The position numbers and the translations under genes are program-made. DNA of 64,000 nucleotides from a virus: positions 4,965-68,964 of the IMG/VR virus record IMGVR_UViG_3300046507_000113; one strand, written 5' to 3'. Below the pieces are notes generated by a model. That model was not told the origin of the DNA and searched no databases. It saw only the letters and a program-made list of their open reading frames with translations. Positions 56,883 through 64,000 of the stretch are shown here, one piece after another (position 1 is the first letter of the stretch; every line of letters starts with the position of its first letter).

Positions 56883-58412
56883 TTAGAATTTAATGCAATA
56901 CAAAAGAGCAACGTTTCGAGGACGCGTTTCAGTACCACCACTAGAGGCAGTTGTGAATGTATGCGTATGTGCACCAGCACTGGATGTGACATCATCGGGA
57001 GAGAAGCCACCTGCGGCACTATTGATAACGGCAACACTACCACCTGTACCAGACGAACCTTTAATACCATGTACGTGTGCACCAGCGGATGCAGTAGTAC
57101 CAGTATGCGTATGTGCAAGATAGTCAGCCGCCTGTGCAGTACCGAGAACACGACCAGTATCTACGCCTCTACCATTATCGAGACCGCGTACGAATTCAGC
57201 ACGAAGGTCAGGTAGGGTAAATGTCGTAGAGCCATCACCTGTGTTAGGTGAACCCATCGCTGCCCATAGGGCTGAGTAAGTCGTTCTGGAAACATTCGTA
57301 CCGTCAGCAGCTAGCCAACCAGTTGGAGCAGTTGCTCGATAGAATGGCATGACAGCAGCAGGAGGAATTGCCTGATCTACATAGGCCGTAGTAGCAACAC
57401 TAGTAGAGTTATTACCGGGGCTTTGGGTCGTTGCTGTGATGGTTGTACTAGAGATAGAACCACCAGTGATAGTTACACTGTTCGAATTCTGAGTTGCTAT
57501 AGTACCAAGACCAAGAGTGGTCCTCTGTGCTGTAGCGTCTGCATCGTCAACAAGTGCACGACCTGCTGTTGTGAAAGTAGCAAGTGCGGCAGTACCGGAA
57601 CCAGTAAAATACGGAAGTCTATCAGCAGCAGATACTAGTCCCGCAATAGCAGAGAGTTCAGCATCCTGAGCTTGTACATCTGTACCAATTACCAACCCGA
57701 GGGTAGCTCTCTGAGCAGCAGCATCGGCATCATCCACAAGGGCTCGTCCAGCAGCAGTAAAGGTAGCCAATGAAGCCGTACCAGACCCTGTGAAGTAAGG
57801 AACCCTATCAGCTGCTGACACAAGACCTGCTAGTGCCTGAAGTTCAGCATCCTGAGCTTGTACATCTGTACCAATGACAAGACCAAGAGTGGTTCTGGCA
57901 GTTGCAGCGTTTGTATCATCAAGGAGTGTCCTCATGTAGGAAGTCAAAGGAGTCACTGCATAAGTATCTGGTGATGTCGTATAAATCATCCTGTCGCCAG
58001 CAGTAGTCAGTCCAGAAATAGATTGTAGAGCTGCATCATACAACTGATATCTCTGCCAAATAGCAGCAGTAGGTGTAGAATCCACACAGAGATAAATAAT
58101 ATCTCCTGTCACATCTACCCAAATAGATCCTTCTACATAACCATCATTGGCATCATCAGTCGCGGTAGGAGCAGTCGTGGCATTTATTTTATTGATACCA
58201 CCAGAACCACCATTGACTACTTGAAGAACACCAACGACAGAATTACTCAGATTAATCTTAGGACCTTCACCAACCGTACCATCATGGGTATGACCAGTAG
58301 ATCCATCGAATGCATTTTGAAGCTGATTGAATTCAGCATTCAGGGGAGAGGCTTCGACAACTTCTCCTGTTTGAATTTCGGCAGCAGATTGCCTAGTATA
58401 ACCAGCACCCAT
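56883..58412 (-). CDS. Tail fibre with collar domain
   Basis: APTGWLAADG...SRTTYSAL...GDGSTTFTLPDLR...ETRPRNVAL. Confidence 0.9.
   Translation of the reverse strand: MGAGYTRQSAAEIQTGEVVEASPLNAEFNQLQNAFDGSTGHTHDGTVGEGPKINLSNSVVGVLQVVNGGSGGINKINATTAPTATDDANDGYVEGSIWVDVTGDIIYLCVDSTPTAAIWQRYQLYDAALQSISGLTTAGDRMIYTTSPDTYAVTPLTSYMRTLLDDTNAATARTTLGLVIGTDVQAQDAELQALAGLVSAADRVPYFTGSGTASLATFTAAGRALVDDADAAAQRATLGLVIGTDVQAQDAELSAIAGLVSAADRLPYFTGSGTAALATFTTAGRALVDDADATAQRTTLGLGTIATQNSNSVTITGGSISSTTITATTQSPGNNSTSVATTAYVDQAIPPAAVMPFYRATAPTGWLAADGTNVSRTTYSALWAAMGSPNTGDGSTTFTLPDLRAEFVRGLDNGRGVDTGRVLGTAQAADYLAHTHTGTTASAGAHVHGIKGSSGTGGSVAVINSAAGGFSPDDVTSSAGAHTHTFTTASSGGTETRPRNVALLYCIKF
57505..58040 (-). repeat. 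About three tandem 62-aa (186 bp) repeats in the tail fibre
   Basis: LGLVIGTDVQAQDAEL...PYFTGSGTA.LATFT.AGRALVDDADA twice, plus one degenerate copy. Confidence 0.85.
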
Positions 58413-60001
58413 TATTTTCTTCCTTCAATGTGGAACTCGAATAGAGTACCTTGAATTGTATAACTTGGATTAGTATCCACACTTGAATATTTGATCTGTA
58501 CGGAGAAACCTGATCCTTCTACATTAGAGATAAGAACAGGGGTTTTACCACCAGAATAAACTGCAGTACCGTAAACCGCAGTACCATATAAAGAGGAACC
58601 AGCAGCGACGTCACTTTCAATAGCGTAAGTGTCAGGATTGAGTTTAATAGGATCTTCCCAATCGTAGACCAATCGAGCGTTGATGGCCATGAAACCTTCA
58701 GGGCGTACAAACAAACGAATCTTTTTCATCGTCTTTCGTACACCAGCGTCACCAAAATCGAGAAATGGTGTAGAATAGATAGACTCGATAGGGTTCCCAT
58801 TAAAATCATTACCTACTTCTTGTCTGAATACGTTACCATCATAGTCACCGTGGATAATATACTCTGTAGCACCAATATACTTAGATGCAGCACAAGAGGC
58901 ATTGAAACCTTTCAAACGTCCCCATTCCCATACGATTGAACCATCTGGATAGTCTCTAAGGCAGCCTACAACACCAAAAGTATCGATTGCAGTTTTGTCC
59001 GGGGATGAGAAGAAGAAACGAGCTTGTGATTTTGACCTAACAAGAACAGAACACAGTTCAGACATATCATTAGAACGAATTTCTTCAAGCAGTAACTGTT
59101 GGATTTTCTTGGAAACAACTTCCAACTGAACGTCACCAATTCTGTTAGTACCACTAATTGGTCTAAAACCATCCTGTGACAAGAAGAGAAGATCACCATC
59201 AATTTCTTCTACACTATCGGAAGCGAGGCAACCCACATTGGCAGTAACATCATTTAGAACAAAATCCGTACCAGAGACTTCTACCTTTTTGATATTGTTC
59301 TGTCCGAATACATATAGAGAGTCACGGAAAGGTTTGATCTGAACAGTATTGAATCCAACTGGCAATTGTCCGGCTCCACTGGCAGCAGTAAAATCATACT
59401 CAGCGAGAGGGGCTGAATAAACAACTAGATGACCGGCTGCGAGGAATAGAGTATTCTTGAATACAGACACATAACTAGGATTATTAATTACTTGGTTGCC
59501 GCCAGCATTAGCGTAATTAGCACCAGAATGAGCTGCAGTAATCTGAACCCAAGTAGTACCATCATACAACATTCCGGGATTAACACCATCTACGAAACAA
59601 ATTTTCTGTGTTCCATTGAAGTTGAATTCTACAAACCTAATTCTAGTTACACCGACAGAAGATTTAGTGAATAATGTTGGAAGTTTAGTCCAACCTGTAC
59701 CGTTGAGGATATAGAAGTCGTATGTGTTTCCGGCAGTCTGTTTGCGAGCAACTAGGATATCTTCCCCAAAGAATGCTACAGTAAGAATACGACCTTCAGC
59801 ACCAGCTGCATCAACTTCAGTATCAACAGATGCGAGAGGTGCAAATCCAGAAAGTCGTCTGTATCCACCAAAGAGAGATGCTTCGAAGTTTTGTAGTTCA
59901 ATTGCAGAACCGGGTTCGTTGTCAGAAAGTTGAATGTGGTTGACGTTAGAATTCAGGCCACCAATAGAAACAACTTTATGACCCTGAATGTCTTCCATCA
60001 T
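58412..60001 (-). CDS. Tail nozzle/stabilisation protein
   Basis: 529 aa, beta-rich, follows the adaptor gene in podovirus order. Confidence 0.7.
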   Translation of the reverse strand: MMEDIQGHKVVSIGGLNSNVNHIQLSDNEPGSAIELQNFEASLFGGYRRLSGFAPLASVDTEVDAAGAEGRILTVAFFGEDILVARKQTAGNTYDFYILNGTGWTKLPTLFTKSSVGVTRIRFVEFNFNGTQKICFVDGVNPGMLYDGTTWVQITAAHSGANYANAGGNQVINNPSYVSVFKNTLFLAAGHLVVYSAPLAEYDFTAASGAGQLPVGFNTVQIKPFRDSLYVFGQNNIKKVEVSGTDFVLNDVTANVGCLASDSVEEIDGDLLFLSQDGFRPISGTNRIGDVQLEVVSKKIQQLLLEEIRSNDMSELCSVLVRSKSQARFFFSSPDKTAIDTFGVVGCLRDYPDGSIVWEWGRLKGFNASCAASKYIGATEYIIHGDYDGNVFRQEVGNDFNGNPIESIYSTPFLDFGDAGVRKTMKKIRLFVRPEGFMAINARLVYDWEDPIKLNPDTYAIESDVAAGSSLYGTAVYGTAVYSGGKTPVLISNVEGSGFSVQIKYSSVDTNPSYTIQGTLFEFHIEGRK

Positions 60002-60732
60002 AGATGATAAGCTCCTGTTTCACCGTAGAATGGACCACCACCAAGATTGGTCCTACCATCATAAACATAAGGAGGAGCCGTCTTAACCAGTTGGTCATAC
60101 ATATTACCAATACCTTCTTTGAATTTACTCTCAGCAATTTGTTCGCCTTGAGGGTTTTCTCTGAAGAGGTTCATGTGGTATAGGGCACCCCAAGTAATGA
60201 CATTATCGAAATTAGTAGGAATATCTGTAGTATCACTAAAGTTTGTCAAAACATTTGCGTTTTTAAAATACGTGTACTCAACAGTATATGCTTTATCTGG
60301 GGAAGGAGTAACTCCAAATCCACCTGCAGGGTTCTTAAAAGCATACACAGGAGGTTGCCTACCAGTGGGACTAGCAGCAGCATCCAAATCTCGGAAGTAC
60401 TTATAAAATTCGTCTATATCAATTTCAGGGAGGGTCTTAGATGCAATATCCAGAGCATCATCTCTAGAAATCCTAAAGGACTGCCAATCCACTGATTTGA
60501 AATCTGATGGCCATAAGTAGAATGTAGTACCAATTGTTAGTACCTGTGTACCAATCATGCAGTGATAGGGCCATTCCCACCGCTGTTGGTTAATTTCATT
60601 GATTGCATCGACTACGGAGTCTTTTACGACCGCTTGCATACCTTTAGCGGAAGCAAAGGAAGTCTCTGTTAACTCGACCTCATTGATTTTCCGGATGACT
60701 CTATTAGTCAGACTTAAGAAAGTACTTCCCAT
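59998..60732 (-). CDS. Head-tail adaptor/tail tubular protein
   Basis: FLSLTNRV...WPY...PSPDKAY...IPTNF. Confidence 0.75.
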   Translation of the reverse strand: MGSTFLSLTNRVIRKINEVELTETSFASAKGMQAVVKDSVVDAINEINQQRWEWPYHCMIGTQVLTIGTTFYLWPSDFKSVDWQSFRISRDDALDIASKTLPEIDIDEFYKYFRDLDAAASPTGRQPPVYAFKNPAGGFGVTPSPDKAYTVEYTYFKNANVLTNFSDTTDIPTNFDNVITWGALYHMNLFRENPQGEQIAESKFKEGIGNMYDQLVKTAPPYVYDGRTNLGGGPFYGETGAYHL

Positions 60733-60744
60733 TGCGACTCCAAT

Positions 60745-60981
60745 TTAGTGTTGTGAAAAACCACCGTTAAAAGCATAAACTACTAAGTATCCAATTGCAC
60801 TCGCACCGGCAGTATATGTAAACCACCTTAAAGTATCGTTTAGTTTCTCTAAACCTTTTTCGATGCTAGTAAGTCTTTTATCCAAGTAAGTTCTGTCAGT
60901 TTCTTCTTTAGCGCGAGCAATATCAAGAGAAATCCTCCATTGTTCTAAAACGCTAACTCTGGTATTAATATCATTTTCCAT
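60745..60981 (-). CDS. Small coiled-coil membrane protein (XhlA-like)
   Basis: RVSVLE coiled coil plus C-terminal TM. Confidence 0.6.
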   Translation of the reverse strand: MENDINTRVSVLEQWRISLDIARAKEETDRTYLDKRLTSIEKGLEKLNDTLRWFTYTAGASAIGYLVVYAFNGGFSQH

Positions 60982-60994
60982 TCGTCAACCCCTT

Positions 60995-61031
60995 TCAGAA
61001 AGGATTGGGGGCACCACAAGGGCACCCCCAT
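60995..61031 (-). terminator. Hairpin/possible terminator after the capsid genes
   Basis: GGGGGTGCC-CTTGT-GGTGCCCCC on -; weak U tract. Confidence 0.45.
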
Positions 61032-61037
61032 TTCACA

Positions 61038-61541
61038 TTAGGACTTGGGCTGAGCGATAACGCCGCGAGAGTCAGTAGTCGTATCTGCTACAAGAACAGC
61101 AACGAGGATCTTACCACCCGTCAGCGTGCCCGTGAGAGATGCGAGAAGGATATCGACAGTATCACCACCAGTCGTGGAAATAATCGTCGGAGTCGTTGCA
61201 CCAGGAGTGGAGTAACCACCTACAGAAGCAGCGAAAGCATCCCATGCGTTAGCATAAGCCGTTGCGTTAACACCGGTAACACCAACACTCACAGTGAGGA
61301 CAGAGACAGTACCTGTAAGGGCAGCAGTTTTCTGGGCCCAACCACCAAGCAGTACCGAGCCAGCCGGAACACGGAGAGTTTCGATAATGTCAGAAGCTGC
61401 AAGAGCAGAACCCTTGGCAGTAGCAGCAGCGGCAAGGTCGATTTCCTTCCAAATGACGCTGGCGTTCTTGGTATTATCCATATGACGCGGAAGAGTACCA
61501 ACCGGACCAAGAGGATTGGAGAGGGTCGTAATAGTAGCCAT
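61038..61541 (-). CDS. Capsid decoration/minor capsid protein
   Basis: A/T/G-rich beta protein directly after the major capsid gene; AAGGAG SD. Confidence 0.7.
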   Translation of the reverse strand: MATITTLSNPLGPVGTLPRHMDNTKNASVIWKEIDLAAAATAKGSALAASDIIETLRVPAGSVLLGGWAQKTAALTGTVSVLTVSVGVTGVNATAYANAWDAFAASVGGYSTPGATTPTIISTTGGDTVDILLASLTGTLTGGKILVAVLVADTTTDSRGVIAQPKS

Positions 61542-61563
61542 TTATAATTCTCCTTAAATAAGA

Positions 61564-62610
61564 TTAGTTGGCTTTGTTGTAGATTGCACGGACAAGACCC
61601 GTCGGACGAAGGATCTTACGACCATACATGTGCATACCACGAACAATGTCGGAGAAGCCGAACGGAGAACGGAAGGATTCCGTCTTGTTGATCTGTTCAG
61701 CAGTGGCTACTGCGGAGTCGTGACCAGCGATAATAACACCGTAGTCAGTGGACGAACCGTTGTTGTCAAGAACAGCAGGACCGTTACCAATGAACGGAGT
61801 GTTGTTAGACGTGTACCACTTGAAGCCATAGACCGTGTTGGCCGAGAGCTTACCATTCGAGAGCTGTTCCGAGTCCTGATAGAACTGGTTCATGAACTTC
61901 GAATTTTCATCCATGATGATTTCGAGGAAGACCGGATCAACAACGAGCCAGCGACCTTCCTTCGGAACGTTCTGCTGATCGAGCAGACGGTTCATACGGT
62001 TGACAAGGGCAAGCGGAGTTGCATCGAAAGTACCAGAAGTACCAACGGCAACAGATTCCGAAGAGGAACCACCCGAGACGAAGTTCGCACGAGTAAGCTT
62101 GTGGATAGCGAGCAGTTCATCTACGTCTGCAGTAGCTTCGGACTTAGTACCGACAGCAGTCGTACGAGCCGTCCAAGGACCACCGAGAACAGTCTGTTCA
62201 TAACCCGACAGGTAGCCCAAGATGTCAGCATCGTAGGTCTGTGCGAGGTTGTAAGCAGCACGATCAGTAGCAAGGTCCATCCAGTTTACGTGAGACTGCT
62301 TCTTTTCGATGTCATCGACCTGAAACTGGAATGCGTTTGCACGGTCAACGATCAGAGAAAAGTCCTGGTCTTCGAGGTCCTGCGACGTGAGCTGAGCGCC
62401 ACGGGCATACTTCGAGATCTGGATTTCGGGTTCCTTGATGATCTGAACAGTATCACCATAGTTAGAAATTTCGCCGAAGTAGTCAGAGTTAGTAATGTCC
62501 TGAACAACAGAGCTCTTACGGAACTGCTTCTGAACCTTCTGCGAGTAGATTACCGGGCTAAATTTACCATTAGGAAGGTTGCTGTAGCCGGTTGCGGATT
62601 GAAATGCCAT
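61564..62610 (-). CDS. Major capsid protein
   Basis: FSPVIYS, TNSDYFGEI..GDTV.I, VPKEGRWLVV, FSDIVRGMHMYG.KILRP. Confidence 0.9.
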   Translation of the reverse strand: MAFQSATGYSNLPNGKFSPVIYSQKVQKQFRKSSVVQDITNSDYFGEISNYGDTVQIIKEPEIQISKYARGAQLTSQDLEDQDFSLIVDRANAFQFQVDDIEKKQSHVNWMDLATDRAAYNLAQTYDADILGYLSGYEQTVLGGPWTARTTAVGTKSEATADVDELLAIHKLTRANFVSGGSSSESVAVGTSGTFDATPLALVNRMNRLLDQQNVPKEGRWLVVDPVFLEIIMDENSKFMNQFYQDSEQLSNGKLSANTVYGFKWYTSNNTPFIGNGPAVLDNNGSSTDYGVIIAGHDSAVATAEQINKTESFRSPFGFSDIVRGMHMYGRKILRPTGLVRAIYNKAN

Positions 62611-62763
62611 AATATAATCTCCATTAGATTAAAATAATTAACGTGTTAAAGTTAAATAGCTAATCCAAAGAGGGGCCATTCATCATAGGTATTCTTAAAT
62701 AAAGAGGCTAATTTGAAATGGGTAGTCTTCTTTTGTTTTATCTATGTTAGTAAAACCTTGAGA

Positions 62764-63555
62764 TTAACGGGCACCACCCGAAAGATCAAAAAGGATTTTA
62801 CCCCGTCGCTGGGCATCCATGATAGCATCTTCATTTCGTTCGAAGGTTTTGCTATCCATTTTCTGGATCTGCGACTCGGTGAATTCGTAGTCACCGGCAT
62901 CTGCATCAGGCTCTTCAACAACAGTACGCTTAACCACCTTGGCTGCGTTACTATAGAAATCTTCATCATCGACCTTCGACTTTGTTGACTTCTTGTTTTC
63001 TGCCTTGTACTTAGAAATAACAAGAGAAGCTTCGTCCACATCAAGTCCGTTCATCTTGTTCTGGTATTTCTCAGGCTGTTGCGACAACCACTGTCTGAAA
63101 TCCGAGTCTTTCGCGAGGAGACTGTCCAGATCGGGGTGTAGCTTTTCTAGACGAATGAATGCTTCTTGTGCATCCAATTCTTTCTGTCTAAGTTCAACCT
63201 GAGCAAATTTTTCTTCAGTCCGGGATGTAGCTTCGCGAATACGTTTCTGAACGAGGCTCTCTAGGATACCTGCAAATTCAGGATATTCACGTGCCCACGC
63301 TTCTACATCTTCATCAGACTTAGGAGCCTTTAGTTGGCCCCGGAGAGCCTTATCCAATTTAGCTTCGAGGTCATTGATCCTACCGGAATTATCCTTCTGT
63401 AGGTTATCAGTATAACGACGAAGATCTCCGTACCTTTTCTTCCAGATTTCTTCTGCAGTAGAGGTAGCTGGCTCTGCCATAAGCTTCTCTTCCTGTTCGA
63501 TTACTTCCTGATCAGCCATTTCAGCTTCAATACGGGGATTACGATATTTTGTCAT
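62764..63555 (-). CDS. Scaffolding protein
   Basis: AAGGAG SD at ATG 63555; WKKRYGDLRR, HPD, F..W; directly upstream of the capsid gene. Confidence 0.8.
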   Translation of the reverse strand: MTKYRNPRIEAEMADQEVIEQEEKLMAEPATSTAEEIWKKRYGDLRRYTDNLQKDNSGRINDLEAKLDKALRGQLKAPKSDEDVEAWAREYPEFAGILESLVQKRIREATSRTEEKFAQVELRQKELDAQEAFIRLEKLHPDLDSLLAKDSDFRQWLSQQPEKYQNKMNGLDVDEASLVISKYKAENKKSTKSKVDDEDFYSNAAKVVKRTVVEEPDADAGDYEFTESQIQKMDSKTFERNEDAIMDAQRRGKILFDLSGGAR

Positions 63556-63620
63556 AGTTTCTCCTTCGGGGCCACAAGTAGTCCTATCATTAGGGGTTGG
63601 GGTAGCCATTTGTGTTGATA

Positions 63621-64000
63621 TTAGTAAGAACGACCGCCACTAAATGAGTTAGAAGCTTTATCATCCTTGTCTTTTCCTGAATTCATAGAAGTACCAGTCA
63701 TACTAGAACCAGTATTGCTACTTCCACCGGAACCACTTCCAGAACCACCACTAAATCCTCTAGATGCACTCGACGTCTCGCGTGTTTCAGAAGGAGTACT
63801 TGTGGTTGCAGGAGTATTGGCCTTCGTCTGAGGTTCGCTAAATCTGTTAGCATTTACTTCAGAGACCATTCCGGACATATGAGGTGCATAAGATGCAGAG
63901 GTATTAAATACAGTATGTGGAGAGACCATTGTGGAAGTATTAGCCTCTGGTTTACTGTACTCAGAAAGGAAGCCAAACGTATGTGGTCCGATAGTTTCCT
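63621..64000 (-). CDS. C-terminal part of a structural protein (start outside window)
   Basis: Frame open to the window edge; S/G/T-rich tail ending GGRSY. Confidence 0.6.
   Translation of the reverse strand, partial: ETIGPHTFGFLSEYSKPEANTSTMVSPHTVFNTSASYAPHMSGMVSEVNANRFSEPQTKANTPATTSTPSETRETSSASRGFSGGSGSGSGGSSNTGSSMTGTSMNSGKDKDDKASNSFSGGRSY

Noticed and set aside
63930-64000. SleB-type cell wall hydrolase end (TIGPHTF)
   Set aside because: Only a few residues are visible at the window edge.

Overview
The window is most of a lytic dsDNA podophage genome with cobavirus/Zobellviridae-like layout: no RNA polymerase, family A DNA polymerase, T7-like primase-helicase, class II ribonucleotide reductase, ThyX and glutaredoxin. 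Early and replication genes lie on + (7.6-46.7 kb). Structural, lysis and packaging genes lie on - (46.8-64 kb and 1-5.3 kb), and the two arms converge on a bidirectional terminator near 46.76 kb. GTTC-N7-GTTC LexA-type boxes suggest an alphaproteobacterial host (inference). Main unusual signals: (1) seven small, otherwise divergent proteins end in the same C-terminal tag Y[DN]PxQ[EQ]PDx[DEV][DE]D[VI], interleaved with an expanded phiEco32-like peptide-ligase/amidotransferase cluster; (2) a Ro60/TROVE gene is flanked by six Y-RNA-like repeats, two with a permuted tRNA-like domain (YrlA type) and four carrying anticodon-like loops (Lys-UUU, Phe-GAA, two Pro-UGG); (3) four replication genes appear to start at ATA/ATT; (4) the putative genome-end region carries clustered LexA-like and NrdR-like operators and a long structured non-coding stretch. 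All calls are by eye; no database searches or folding programs were run.
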